Source of the DNA: Bacteroidota bacterium
Lineage (GTDB): Bacteria; Bacteroidota; Bacteroidia; Bacteroidales; UBA4417
Length of the DNA stretch: 64,000 nucleotides
Assembly: GCA_013376995.1 (NCBI GenBank)
Contig: JACAAZ010000001.1
Location: 294,957-358,956 of the forward strand
Direction: 5' to 3'
Shown one piece after another: positions 19,333 through 29,884 of this stretch; the first letter of the stretch is position 1; each line of letters opens with the position of its first letter. The notes under the pieces are model-generated. The model was not told the origin of the DNA. It did no database searches and saw nothing but the letters and a program-made list of their open reading frames with translations. The translations under genes were made by a program, and so were the position numbers.

Positions 19333-20619
19333 TTGAATCCAACTTCTGCTCACCAGGTTCCCCTGGCGGAACATCTCAGGCCATTATCTCTGGATGATTA
19401 TATAGGACAGAATCATTTAGTTGGTAAGGGTATGCCTTTTCGGAAGATGATTGAACAAAGCAACATTCATTCAATGATCTTCTGGGGGCCTCCGGGTGTC
19501 GGCAAAACTACATTAGCACTTATTATAGCACAAAGCACCGGACGGCCATTTTATACCCTTAGTGCTGTAAATTCAGGTGTGAAGGATGTAAGAGAAGTCA
19601 TAGAAAAATCAAGGGTGGATCTTTCTCAACCCATACTTTTTATTGATGAAATCCACAGGTTCTCCAAATCGCAGCAGGATTCCTTGATGGGGGCAGTTGA
19701 AAAGGGAATAGTGATCCTCATCGGCGCTACAACGGAAAATCCCTCTTTTGAAGTGATCTCCCCTCTCCTATCCCGTTGTCATGTATATATCCTGAAGCCG
19801 CTTGAGAATGACGATCTCTTGCTGATTTTGGATCATGCACGCAAATCCCTGGAAATTAGGCTGGAAACCAAAATAATTATCAAAGAGGAGGAAGCCTTGT
19901 TGAGACTTTCAGGAGGCGATGCCCGCAAGTTACTTAATGCTATAGAGTTGATTTCAGTTGCCCTTTACCAGGAAGGTAAATCAATTGAGATCGATAGTCA
20001 GAACACCCTGTCGATTATTCAGCAAAACCTTGCTCTTTATGATAAAGGAGGAGAAATGCATTATGATGTGATTTCCGCCTTTATTAAGTCTTTAAGGGGG
20101 TCAGACCCCAACGCTGCCGTCTATTGGCTGGCACGAATGATCAATGCTGGGGAAGACCTGCTTTTCATAGCACGGAGAATGGTAATATTAGCATCAGAAG
20201 ACATTGGAAATGCTAATCCAAATGCTTTGTTGCTTGCAAACAGCTGCTTTGAGGCTGTTAATAAGATCGGTTATCCTGAAAGCAGGATCATACTTTCCCA
20301 GACTGCCATTTACCTTGCCAATTCAGCTAAAAGCAATGCCTCCTACATGGCTATTGAAAATGCACTGCAAGCAGTTGAAAAATTCGGAGATCTTCCTGTT
20401 CCTTTGCACCTGAGAAATGCTCCAACCCGCTTTATGAAGAATATTGGTTACGGCAAGGATTACCAGTATGCACATAGTTTTGAAGGGAATTTCATAAACC
20501 TGGAATTCCTTCCTGACAAACTCAGTGGCAGTAAGTTTTATGATCCGGGAAAGAACCCTCGTGAGGCAGAAGCAAGGGAAGCTCTGAAGAAGAGATGGAA
20601 AGACAAATACGATTATTAA
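19333..20619 (+). CDS. rarA: Replication-associated recombination protein A (MgsA/RarA AAA+ ATPase)
   Basis: 428 aa. PLAEHLRPLSLDDYIGQNHL, Walker A GPPGVGKTT, Walker B FIDEIHRF, and a C-terminal MgsA_C domain (HYDVISAFIKSLRGSDPNAAVYWLARM). Confidence 0.9.
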   Translation: MNPTSAHQVPLAEHLRPLSLDDYIGQNHLVGKGMPFRKMIEQSNIHSMIFWGPPGVGKTTLALIIAQSTGRPFYTLSAVNSGVKDVREVIEKSRVDLSQPILFIDEIHRFSKSQQDSLMGAVEKGIVILIGATTENPSFEVISPLLSRCHVYILKPLENDDLLLILDHARKSLEIRLETKIIIKEEEALLRLSGGDARKLLNAIELISVALYQEGKSIEIDSQNTLSIIQQNLALYDKGGEMHYDVISAFIKSLRGSDPNAAVYWLARMINAGEDLLFIARRMVILASEDIGNANPNALLLANSCFEAVNKIGYPESRIILSQTAIYLANSAKSNASYMAIENALQAVEKFGDLPVPLHLRNAPTRFMKNIGYGKDYQYAHSFEGNFINLEFLPDKLSGSKFYDPGKNPREAEAREALKKRWKDKYDY

Positions 20620-20636
20620 CAGTAAAACTCTGATGA

Positions 20637-21455
20637 ATGAATATTGCTGATATTATTCCCAATATTAAATATGCTGAATCTGGTAATTTTTTCCTGATTG
20701 CCGGACCCTGCGTTGTTGAAGATGTCCAAAGTCCGCTGAGGATCGCTGAGACACTCGTAGCAATTACGGATAAGCTCTGTATCCCTTTTATCTTTAAAGC
20801 CTCATACAGGAAGGCAAATCGCTCGAGAAGTTCATCCTTTACAGGGATAGGTGACGGGGAAGCACTTGCCGTTCTTGCTGAAATCAAAAACAGGTTTGGA
20901 TGTCCTGTATTGTCCGATATCCATTCTGAAGCGGAAGCTACCATGGCAGCGTCCTATGTTGATGTGTTGCAAATCCCTGCTTTCCTGTGCCGGCAAAGCG
21001 AACTTCTTTGGGCAGCAGGTGAAACTGGAAAAGTAATCAATATCAAGAAGGGCCAGTTTTCATCTGCAGCATCCATGCTGTTTGCTGTTGAAAAGGTTAG
21101 GGAAACCGGGAATCAGAAGATTATGCTGACTGAAAGGGGAAGTACATTTGGCTACCAGGACCTTATTGTCGATTTCCGCAACATTCCTGAGATGCAGCAA
21201 GCCAAAGTCCCTGTAATTCTTGACGTCACCCATTCATTGCAATTGCCGAATCAATCATCAGGAGTGACCGGAGGCAGGCCTGACCTTATCCCAACAATAG
21301 CCAAAGCTGGAATTGCAGTCGGAGCGGATGGACTTTTCATTGAAACTCATCCGGATCCGGCAAATGCGAAATCCGATGGAGCCAATATGCTTCGGTTGGA
21401 TAAAGTGGAACACCTGATGGAGCAATTGGTGAAAATCAGGCGAGCATTAGAATAA
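20637..21455 (+). CDS. kdsA: 3-deoxy-8-phosphooctulonate (KDO-8-P) synthase
   Basis: 272 aa. AGPCVVE, FKASYRKANRSS, QIPAFLCRQ and DVTHSLQLP are KdsA signatures. Confidence 0.9.
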   Translation: MNIADIIPNIKYAESGNFFLIAGPCVVEDVQSPLRIAETLVAITDKLCIPFIFKASYRKANRSRSSSFTGIGDGEALAVLAEIKNRFGCPVLSDIHSEAEATMAASYVDVLQIPAFLCRQSELLWAAGETGKVINIKKGQFSSAASMLFAVEKVRETGNQKIMLTERGSTFGYQDLIVDFRNIPEMQQAKVPVILDVTHSLQLPNQSSGVTGGRPDLIPTIAKAGIAVGADGLFIETHPDPANAKSDGANMLRLDKVEHLMEQLVKIRRALE

Positions 21456-21458
21456 TCC

Positions 21459-22079
21459 TCATTTTACGTAGGCTGCCATACCCGGCAGAAACCAATCAAT
21501 CAGTTGAGCATAAATATGTTGTGCGATGAAAATCGCTCCGAATGCTATACAGATTGTTACTACAATAAATCCTATCTTTTTCTCCAGGCTTATCTGGAAT
21601 AACTCCTGAACGCCATACCAATAGATATAGAGCGTATAGGCAATAAAGATATAAAGCCCTAGTGGGATCATGATCCGCATGAGGGGATGCAGGTATACCA
21701 GGAATGTTACTACAAACAGCGGTGTAAAGGTATACAGGACAAGTTTTAACGTTCGGTTGAGACTGGTTTCAATACCAATCCTCGGAAGTGTTATTGAAAT
21801 GAGGAAAGTTGCTGAAATTAATAGCAGGTAAGGAATCGCAACCCATGAGATAAGATTAAAAAAGAGTACTGACACCAATTCCCAGGAAAAACCAAGAACC
21901 GGTTTTATCGTAAAAAAGAGGCCAATACTCCTGCCAATTGCACTGAAGAGAATAATGGGGAATCCATATTCCCACAATAGCATCTTGTTAGAATCCTGCT
22001 GATCACGGATCACTTTCCATTGCATGCTGGGCAACAAGGAAATTTTGATCACACGGCTGATCACTTCAATAAGTTTCAT
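21459..22079 (-). CDS. Yip1-family integral membrane protein
   Basis: 206 aa with five hydrophobic helices after a short soluble N-terminus, as in the Yip1/DUF1282 architecture. The assignment rests on topology only. Confidence 0.5.
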   Translation of the reverse strand: MKLIEVISRVIKISLLPSMQWKVIRDQQDSNKMLLWEYGFPIILFSAIGRSIGLFFTIKPVLGFSWELVSVLFFNLISWVAIPYLLLISATFLISITLPRIGIETSLNRTLKLVLYTFTPLFVVTFLVYLHPLMRIMIPLGLYIFIAYTLYIYWYGVQELFQISLEKKIGFIVVTICIAFGAIFIAQHIYAQLIDWFLPGMAAYVK

Positions 22080-22180
22080 TTATACTTATTCAGATTTAAG
22101 GCTCATTGCAAATGCCTTTTGAAGAACAATGAGCTGATTTTGAGAATGTCGGGGGGAAGAGTACCGAGACGGAGAAGCAT

Positions 22181-23332
22181 TTACCTTACTATAACGTGCC
22201 TGAGCCCTCCTGTATTGTTGTAAAGCTCCAGGTTGCCTAAAGATTTTGCAGGCAAAAAAGTTACAACACCAAATTGATCGAGTGTAAACTGTGATTCAAT
22301 CTTAACTTGTCCGCCAAGCTTAACTTTTACCATGGCTTCATCCGGGATCCGATAATAAATTCCCTTTGGTGACTTGGAATCAATCCCATGTTGTTCGATA
22401 CTGCTTCGAACATTCCCTAATTTATTCAGGTTACTAATTTCAAGCTGAAGTAAATCGCCGGAAGATAAATTTTTATCCATAACTCCCTTTCCAATAGAGA
22501 ATTTGCACAAAGGATATGTTTGATCTTCGGCTGAATAAGCCGGTACTATTCGGAATGAGTAGGTTTCGGTAGTATAGTTTGTTACCCCTTTAAAGAGTTC
22601 CAGGTACTCATTTTTTAGTTCATCCATTTGTTTATACATGAACTCCATGGTGCCTTTTTCATAATTAACTTCCTGATAACCATTGATCAGGTTGAACATG
22701 CTTTCATCCAGTTTAAGAATGAAATCAGCAGCCTCTTTCGCTTTTTGCTCCGGGGTCTTGGCAGAAGAAATCTTCTTGAATACTTTCTGTTCGATTGTTG
22801 TTGTATCAACACTGATTCGCCTGATAACGGTATCTACTCGTTCGAACATGGTTGGATTGGGAATCTCAGGAATATTTAATCCTGAGCTGCCCAGCTCTTT
22901 TGCCTGCCTGTGGTTTGCGTCCTTGTTGAAATCTCCCATTCCAACCAGAGCACCGTTTTCAGACAAGAAAAACTCCAAGGTTTGCCTGTCTTTCTTTTTC
23001 CCCGTATTCCTGGCAAAATAAAAATTGTCAGGATCCGGTTCAGTAAAGGTCGAGAGACGGATTGCTGCAACCTCATATTCAGTGCTATTCATACTTATAA
23101 CCTGGGTTAGGCCTAGGTATTTATCAGCAAATTCGGAATACGGACCTTTTATCTTCTGCGATTTCTTGACCAGAACGTCAATATTGATACCAGTCCTCGG
23201 AAGACTGTAGAAAAAGCCGTCTTCCCTTACTTCGGACAGTGATCCCTGTACCTTTGAAACTACGATTTGTCCAACTACCTGATTTACTGTTATGAAGGTA
23301 AACAGGATAAGGATTGATGCAATTCTTGTCAT
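22181..23332 (-). CDS. Hypothetical secreted protein (possibly DUF4831 family)
   Basis: The signal peptide MTRIASILILFTFITVNQVVGQ is followed by about 360 aa with no motif I can name confidently. The start is set at an ATG two codons inside the TTG used by the track. Confidence 0.5.
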   Translation of the reverse strand: MTRIASILILFTFITVNQVVGQIVVSKVQGSLSEVREDGFFYSLPRTGINIDVLVKKSQKIKGPYSEFADKYLGLTQVISMNSTEYEVAAIRLSTFTEPDPDNFYFARNTGKKKDRQTLEFFLSENGALVGMGDFNKDANHRQAKELGSSGLNIPEIPNPTMFERVDTVIRRISVDTTTIEQKVFKKISSAKTPEQKAKEAADFILKLDESMFNLINGYQEVNYEKGTMEFMYKQMDELKNEYLELFKGVTNYTTETYSFRIVPAYSAEDQTYPLCKFSIGKGVMDKNLSSGDLLQLEISNLNKLGNVRSSIEQHGIDSKSPKGIYYRIPDEAMVKVKLGGQVKIESQFTLDQFGVVTFLPAKSLGNLELYNNTGGLRHVIVR

Positions 23333-23448
23333 CGGCAAAATGAATTGAATTAACTAATTCTCATCCAAAAGTAAGGTAAAAACAACTTATCTGTTCTAAA
23401 ATATTGATGGGTGCTGAAATGTACACTATAGTGATGTACAATATATCA

Positions 23449-23456
23449 TATATTTG
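23449..23456 (+). promoter_or_regulatory. Candidate -7 box (TATATTTG) upstream of pstC
   Basis: TAnnTTTG match 83 nt upstream of the annotated start. A direct repeat atgtaca(n8)atgtaca lies just upstream. Confidence 0.3.
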
Positions 23457-23538
23457 TAAGGTGAATTGATTTGCCTAATCTCATTAGCTGAACTATTTCA
23501 TCAATGCTTATCCAGGTAAAACTTAATTTCTGCTTGAG

Positions 23539-24438
23539 TTGAAATTATATAATCTCACCAGAACCTTACGAAGCCGATTGCATTCCACCTGGATGATTAC
23601 GGCACTTGTCTTTTCGTTATTATTACCCATTTTACTGATTATCGGACTTTATTTCAAAGCATCTCCCCTATTGCAGGATCAATCCTTGTTTGGATTGCTT
23701 TTCTCCAAATCCTGGAAACCTATGTCGGGGCAGTTTGGGATGTATCCTTTCATAATCAGTTCGCTATGGGTTACTGTTATAGCACTTCTGTTAGCCGGCC
23801 CTGTTTGCCTGTTGTCAGCCATCCATCTCACGCAATATGCAAGACCGATTGTGCTAAGGATCATGCATCCGGTAATTGATATACTCGCAGGAATTCCATC
23901 GGTTATTTTTGGTGTCTGGGGCGTCCTCGCAATCGTTCCTTTTGTCGGCGATCACATTGGCCCATTGTTCGGTAAAAGTATTACCGGATATAGCATTTTG
24001 AGCGGAGGCCTTGTACTGGCGGTTATGATCATCCCATTCATACTTAATATTCTTATTGAAGTATTCAGAACAATACCCGAAGAACTTACAGAGGTGACAC
24101 TGTCATTGGGAGCTACTCATTGGATGGTTATCAAGCATGTACTTTTAAGAAAAGCCTTCCCGGGGATCATATCTGCCTTCAGTCTTGGCCTTTCCCGGGC
24201 ATTTGGTGAAACCATAGCTGTTTTAATGGTAGTGGGAAATGTGACCAGGATACCTACGGGTGCTTTGCAGCCGGGATACCCGTTACCGGCGCTCATCGCA
24301 AACAATTATGGAGAGATGCTGTCAATTCCGCGCTATGACTCTGCACTTATGCTGGCAGCACTGGTTTTGTTAGTGATTGTTATTTTGTTCAATATTATCT
24401 CTCGCTGGTTGATTTTCAGAGTTGAAAGAAACACGTAG
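23539..24438 (+). CDS. pstC: Phosphate ABC transporter permease PstC
   Basis: Six-TM BPD_transp_1 permease with an EAA-like loop (LSLGATHWMVIKHVLLRKAFPGI). It is followed by pstA and pstB. The TTG start is uncertain. Confidence 0.85.
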   Translation: MKLYNLTRTLRSRLHSTWMITALVFSLLLPILLIIGLYFKASPLLQDQSLFGLLFSKSWKPMSGQFGMYPFIISSLWVTVIALLLAGPVCLLSAIHLTQYARPIVLRIMHPVIDILAGIPSVIFGVWGVLAIVPFVGDHIGPLFGKSITGYSILSGGLVLAVMIIPFILNILIEVFRTIPEELTEVTLSLGATHWMVIKHVLLRKAFPGIISAFSLGLSRAFGETIAVLMVVGNVTRIPTGALQPGYPLPALIANNYGEMLSIPRYDSALMLAALVLLVIVILFNIISRWLIFRVERNT

Positions 24439-24443
24439 TTAAA

Positions 24444-25301
24444 ATGAAATTGGGAGTTAGAAAAGCGGAAGAATTATTTTTCAGGGTGGTCATGTTCCTG
24501 GCCACCACTGTGATTCTTCTGGCATTGCTCATGATCATTTTTACCATTCTTCATAAAGGATTGGCAGCGGTATCGTGGAAAATGATTTCCCAGTTGCCGA
24601 AAGGCGGTTTTTATTTCGGGAAGGAAGGAGGAATCTTAAATGCTATCCTGGGTTCTATTTACCTGGCATCTGGCGCATCCATCCTTGCCATCTTATTTGG
24701 ATTACCTGTTGCGCTGTATATCAACATCCACCTGCATAAGAACAAGCGACTTGTCACAGCCATCCGCTTCATGCTGGATGTGATGTGGGGAATACCTTCC
24801 ATTGTTTATGGTGCCTTCGGTTTTACGGTAATGTTATTCTTTGGAATGCGATCATCCTTACTGGCAGGGATGCTAACGGTTACCTTATTCATCATCCCAA
24901 TCATGATTCGATCGATTGATGAAGTAATGAAAACCGTTCCTAAGGGTTTGCTTGAATCTACACTTTCGTTGGGCTCAACCAAATCGGAAACTGCATACAG
25001 AGTCTATTTCAAACAATGCATTTCAGGGGTAACTACAGCATTGCTGCTTTCTTTTGGAAGGGCTATTGGTGATGCTGCATCCGTATTATTTACCACAGGA
25101 TACACGGATAACCTGCCGACATCGCTTTCTGAACCTACAGCTACTTTACCCCTCGCAATTTTTTTCCAGCTTAGCTCACCAATAGCCGAAGTAAAGGAAA
25201 GAGCCTATGCTTCTGCTGTGATCCTGACTGTGATCATACTTATTATCAGTTTGGTGTCAAGAGTTTCTGCCCGTAAGTACCTGAAGCATAAAATAAAATA
25301 A
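24444..25301 (+). CDS. pstA: Phosphate ABC transporter permease PstA
   Basis: Second permease of the operon, with the EAA loop STLSLGSTKSETAYRVYFKQCISG. Confidence 0.85.
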   Translation: MKLGVRKAEELFFRVVMFLATTVILLALLMIIFTILHKGLAAVSWKMISQLPKGGFYFGKEGGILNAILGSIYLASGASILAILFGLPVALYINIHLHKNKRLVTAIRFMLDVMWGIPSIVYGAFGFTVMLFFGMRSSLLAGMLTVTLFIIPIMIRSIDEVMKTVPKGLLESTLSLGSTKSETAYRVYFKQCISGVTTALLLSFGRAIGDAASVLFTTGYTDNLPTSLSEPTATLPLAIFFQLSSPIAEVKERAYASAVILTVIILIISLVSRVSARKYLKHKIK

Positions 25302-25305
25302 TCCG

Positions 25306-26067
25306 ATGACTGGAAAGGCAAAGATCAATATCGAACATTTAGACCTGTATATTGGGAAGCAACATATTCTCAAGGATGTATCGACCCAGATTCCGGAGAA
25401 AAAGATCACAGTTATCCTTGGACCATCAGGTTGCGGTAAAACGACCTTGCTCAAGAGTTTGAACAGGCTGACAGATCTATATTCGAATGTTAAGGTAAGT
25501 GGTAAGATATTCATTGAAGGCGAAGATATTCTGCATACGAATATGGATATCACTGAGATAAGAAAACGCATGGGATTGCTGTCTCAACGTCCTTATCCAC
25601 TTCCGATGAACATCTTCAACAATGTTGCCTATGGTTTGAGGATCAGTGGCCGTACAAATAAAATTGTACTCCGGAAAAGGGTTCAGCATTACCTGGAACT
25701 AGTCAATCTTTGGGATGAAGTGAAAGATCGTCTGCATGATCCGGCTTCTTCCCTTTCAATCGGGCAGCAACAACGACTCTGCCTTGCCAGGGGCCTATCC
25801 GTGGATCCTGATATTATCCTTGCTGATGAACCTACTTCTGCCCTTGATCCTATCTCAAGCGAAGTTGTAGAGAAGAAATTCATTGACCTCAAAAGCCAGT
25901 ACACCGTTGTAGTAGTAACGCATAGTCTTCAGCAGGCCAGGCGAATAGCCGATTACGCAATCTTTATGTACCTTGGTGAAATAATTGAACAAGGACCTGC
26001 TTCTGAATTTTTCAGCGATCCGAAGGAGGAATTGACGAAATCTTACCTGAAGGGATTATTTAACTAG
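25306..26067 (+). CDS. pstB: Phosphate ABC transporter ATP-binding protein PstB
   Basis: Walker A GPSGCGKTT, the ABC signature LSIGQQQRL, Walker B ILADEPTSALD, and PstB-specific NVAYGLRI. Confidence 0.92.
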   Translation: MTGKAKINIEHLDLYIGKQHILKDVSTQIPEKKITVILGPSGCGKTTLLKSLNRLTDLYSNVKVSGKIFIEGEDILHTNMDITEIRKRMGLLSQRPYPLPMNIFNNVAYGLRISGRTNKIVLRKRVQHYLELVNLWDEVKDRLHDPASSLSIGQQQRLCLARGLSVDPDIILADEPTSALDPISSEVVEKKFIDLKSQYTVVVVTHSLQQARRIADYAIFMYLGEIIEQGPASEFFSDPKEELTKSYLKGLFN

Positions 26068-26070
26068 CTT

Positions 26071-28260
26071 CTACCTGATAAACAGCAATTCCCTGTATTT
26101 AGGCAGCGGCCATAGTTCATCATCAACAAGCAATTCAAGTTTATCAACGTGATACCTTATTTTTTCGAAATAGGGTAAAACCACTTTGTTATATTCAACA
26201 GCTTTCTCTTCGATGTTTTCAATCTTATTAGCCAGCCTGCGGCATTCCACCATTTCATAAACCAATGTCCGGATAATGGAAATATGTTCGGATATCTCCT
26301 TGATATTCTGCATCTGGTTGTTAGAAAGCTTTACAAAAGTCTTCACATCGAGTACTTCCTTGAGTCCTTTGACATTATCAATGAGAGCATTCTGGTAGCG
26401 AATAGCCGTAGGAATGATATGATTAATGGAAAGGTCGCCGATCACCCTCGACTCAATCTGAACCTTTTTCAGATAGTTTTCAAGGTTAATATCAAAGCGC
26501 GCCATCAATTCACGCTCCGTCAAAATGGAATGCTCATCAAATAACCTAATACTCTCAGGCAGAATGGTCACTTTCATTGCTTCCGGAGTAGAGCCAATGT
26601 TTGATAGCCCTCTTTTGGCTGCTTCTTCCGTCCATTCATCGCTATAACTATTGCCTTCGAACCTGATATCCCGGGATTCCTTTATATATAAGCGGATTAC
26701 CTGGTATATGGCATCCTCTTTAAGTATTCCTTTTGAAATTAGAGCATCGACATCCATCCTGAATTGTTTTAATTGTTCCGCTACAATCAGGTTTAATGCA
26801 ATCATTGGTTTTGCGCAGCTTTCGGATGAACCTACTGCCCTGAATTCAAATTTGTTTCCGGTAAATGCAAATGGTGAAGTCCTGTTCCTGTCGGTATTAT
26901 CCAGGAGGATTTCAGGGATCTTGGGGATATCTAAAGATACCTTATCGTTCAGGTTGGTTTTTTTTCGGTGGACACCTTCGGCACGCTCGATTTCATCCAG
27001 CACAGCTGTTAGCTGCGAACCAATAAAGACTGAAATGATAGCCGGTGGAGCTTCATTGGCACCAAGCCTAAGATCGTTGCTAGCCGAGGCAATACTTGAC
27101 CGGAGAAGATCCGCATGTTTACTTACGGCTTTGATAATATTCACGAGAAAAGTAAGAAACTGCAGGTTCGATTCAGGTGTTTTTCCTGGTGATAATAAGT
27201 TACTGCCTGTATTGTTCAGCAATGACCAGTTATTGTGTTTTCCTGATCCGTTAATCCCCTGGTATGGCTTTTCATGTAAAAGAACAGTGAGGTTATGCCT
27301 TTTGGCAACTTTTTCCAGGATATGCATAAGTAGCTGATTATGATCAACTGCCATGTTTGCTTCTTCATAAACAGGAGCACATTCAAACTGGCTGGGTGCA
27401 ACTTCATTATGTCTTGTTTTAACTGGAATTCCAAGCCTGTGGGCTTCATATTCGAACTCTTTCATGAAATCCATAACCCTTTCAGGAATTGTGCCGAAAT
27501 AATGGTCGGACAACTGCTGATCTTTTGCTGAGGCATGACCAAAAAGTGTACGGCCTGTAAGGGCCATATCCGGGCGGGCATGGAAAAGGGCAGTATCAAC
27601 AAGGAAGTATTCCTGTTCCCATCCAAGGGTAGCAACTACTTTGGTAATAGCAGGGTCGAAATAATTGCAAACAGCTGTAGCCTCCCGATCCAGGGCATGA
27701 AGGATCTTAAGCATTGGAGTTTTATAATCCAGTGCTTCACCAGTATAAGATACAAAGATTGTAGGGATACAAAGCGTATCATCAACTATAAATGCTGTGG
27801 ATGTCGGATCCCAGGCTGTATAACCTCGTGCCTCAAAAGTATTCCGGATTCCGCCGGACGGAAAACTGGAAGCATCAGGTTCCTGCTGGATAAGTTCATT
27901 GCCGCTGAAATTCTCGATAGCTTTTCCTTCAGCGGTAGGCATCAGGAAGGAATCATGTTTCTCAGCCGTAGCCCCGGTTAATGGATGAAACCAATGGGTG
28001 TAATGGCTGGCACCTTTTAATATTGCCCATTCCTTAAGCGCGGAAGCAACCTGGTCTGCCAACTGCCTGTCAATTTTCTTACCGGTTCCGATGGTCGACA
28101 AAAGTTGATCATAAGCAAGCTGTGGGAGAAACTCCCGCATAACTGAACGGTTAAAGGTGAGTTCACCAAAGTACTCTGAGACTTTTCTTGAAGTTGTATC
28201 TACGCTTCTTCTTGAACGTGATATAGCAAGTTCAAGAGCTTTAAAACGGATGTTTGACAT
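26071..28260 (-). CDS. glnN: Glutamine synthetase type III
   Basis: 729 aa, the size typical of GSIII. N-terminus MSNIRFKALE...YFGELTFN; the catalytic region has HNEVAPSQFE and HEKPYQGINGSGKHNNWS. Confidence 0.9.
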   Translation of the reverse strand: MSNIRFKALELAISRSRRSVDTTSRKVSEYFGELTFNRSVMREFLPQLAYDQLLSTIGTGKKIDRQLADQVASALKEWAILKGASHYTHWFHPLTGATAEKHDSFLMPTAEGKAIENFSGNELIQQEPDASSFPSGGIRNTFEARGYTAWDPTSTAFIVDDTLCIPTIFVSYTGEALDYKTPMLKILHALDREATAVCNYFDPAITKVVATLGWEQEYFLVDTALFHARPDMALTGRTLFGHASAKDQQLSDHYFGTIPERVMDFMKEFEYEAHRLGIPVKTRHNEVAPSQFECAPVYEEANMAVDHNQLLMHILEKVAKRHNLTVLLHEKPYQGINGSGKHNNWSLLNNTGSNLLSPGKTPESNLQFLTFLVNIIKAVSKHADLLRSSIASASNDLRLGANEAPPAIISVFIGSQLTAVLDEIERAEGVHRKKTNLNDKVSLDIPKIPEILLDNTDRNRTSPFAFTGNKFEFRAVGSSESCAKPMIALNLIVAEQLKQFRMDVDALISKGILKEDAIYQVIRLYIKESRDIRFEGNSYSDEWTEEAAKRGLSNIGSTPEAMKVTILPESIRLFDEHSILTERELMARFDINLENYLKKVQIESRVIGDLSINHIIPTAIRYQNALIDNVKGLKEVLDVKTFVKLSNNQMQNIKEISEHISIIRTLVYEMVECRRLANKIENIEEKAVEYNKVVLPYFEKIRYHVDKLELLVDDELWPLPKYRELLFIR

Positions 28261-28352
28261 GATTCAGGACTGAGTTTAGGTCAGTAAAATTAAGGAAATG
28301 TTATGCAGGGAAAGTGTATAGGTAAGCAAGTTTTAAACAAGAGTTCAACATT

Positions 28353-29801
28353 TCACTTTCCCTTCCTGAATATCCATAGCCCGAGGAACGTGATGGCTCC
28401 ATTGATGAGCAGAAGTTCAAAACCCATGCTGTATCCATTCAAAAGTACAGCTGAGTATTCACTTAGAAAATAACATATGATAGGTGATGAAATGGCTACA
28501 AAAGGAACAAACCTATCCTTAACCGCAAATCGCGTAAACAGTCCGAAAGCAAACAGGCCAAGTAATGGCCCATAGGTATATCCTGCTACAGTGAATAGCT
28601 TTTCAATCACAGCCCTGTCATTGATTGCGCGGAAAATGATAATGACCAGCAAAAGCAATAGAGCAAATGATATGTGGACAAAGTACCTTATGCGTTGTTT
28701 TTTGTTTTCATCCATATCCTTGCGTTTATTCAAACCCAGGAAATCGATGGAAAATGAAGTAGTAAGCGATGTCAATGCACCATCGGCACTTGGGTATGCC
28801 GCAGATATCAATCCAATGATGAAAACCAGACCTGCTACAGGACCAAGGTAACGGATAGCTACCAATGGAAAAAGGTCATCAGAGCGTTCAGGAAGCGTTA
28901 ATGAATGTTTACTGGCATAAAGGTAAAGCACTGCGCCAAGGAAAAGAAACATCAGGTTTACGAAAATCAGTACGGTGCTAAAGCTGAACATATTCTTCTG
29001 AGCTTCCCTGATGTTCCTGCAACTCAGGTTTTTCTGCATCATTTCCTGGTCGAGGCCTGTCATTGCAATTGAGATAAACATTCCACTCAATATCTGTTTA
29101 ACAAAGAACCGCTTACTATGCCAATCGTAATCCATCATCCTTGAATAATCACTGTTAACCACATTGCTGATAAGGCCCCCAAATGTGAAGTGCAGGTCCT
29201 TGCTTATCAAATAGATAGAAATACCAACTGCAATAAGCATGAAGGTAGTCTGAAGTGTATCTGTCCAAATAATGGTCTTTATTCCTCCTTTAAAGGTGTA
29301 AAGTATAATCAGGGTGATGAAAATGGAAACGGTAAGGCCGAATGGCACATTCCACGCATCGAAAACAAAGATCTGCAGGACATTTACTACGAGGAACATT
29401 CTGAATGATGCCCCTATTGTACGGGAAAGAATGAAGAAAAAAGCGCCGGTTTTATATGACCAGAACCCAAAACGTTGCTCCAGGTAGCTATAGATTGATG
29501 TAAGGTTCAGCCTGTAATACATGGGCATAAGAACTGTCGCGATCACAGTATATCCAAAGAGATAACCCACCAATACCATGAAGTAGGTAAAACCCGTAGC
29601 TCCCACCCATCCTGGTACCGACATAAATGTGACCCCGGACAGTGATGCACCTATCATTCCGTATGCGACAACATACCAGGGTGATGCCTTATTACCAATA
29701 AAAAAGGAATCGCTGTTGGCTTTTCTGGCGGTAAGCCAGGTAATATAGAAAAGCAATGCTGTGTAAGCCAGGAAAGCTATGAAGATGGTTGCAGGAGTCA
29801 A
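28353..29801 (-). CDS. Sodium:solute symporter family transporter
   Basis: 482 aa with about 13 TM segments and an SSF-like pattern (GGIKTIIWTDTLQ). The start codon is TTG and the substrate is unknown. Confidence 0.8.
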   Translation of the reverse strand: MTPATIFIAFLAYTALLFYITWLTARKANSDSFFIGNKASPWYVVAYGMIGASLSGVTFMSVPGWVGATGFTYFMVLVGYLFGYTVIATVLMPMYYRLNLTSIYSYLEQRFGFWSYKTGAFFFILSRTIGASFRMFLVVNVLQIFVFDAWNVPFGLTVSIFITLIILYTFKGGIKTIIWTDTLQTTFMLIAVGISIYLISKDLHFTFGGLISNVVNSDYSRMMDYDWHSKRFFVKQILSGMFISIAMTGLDQEMMQKNLSCRNIREAQKNMFSFSTVLIFVNLMFLFLGAVLYLYASKHSLTLPERSDDLFPLVAIRYLGPVAGLVFIIGLISAAYPSADGALTSLTTSFSIDFLGLNKRKDMDENKKQRIRYFVHISFALLLLLVIIIFRAINDRAVIEKLFTVAGYTYGPLLGLFAFGLFTRFAVKDRFVPFVAISSPIICYFLSEYSAVLLNGYSMGFELLLINGAITFLGLWIFRKGK

Positions 29802-29884
29802 GGGTTGGAGCTGAGTTGATTGTTAGATAGGAGTTATTAGTTGTTGGTAATAAGTTATGGGTAATTGGTTGATAGGGGTTCAGG

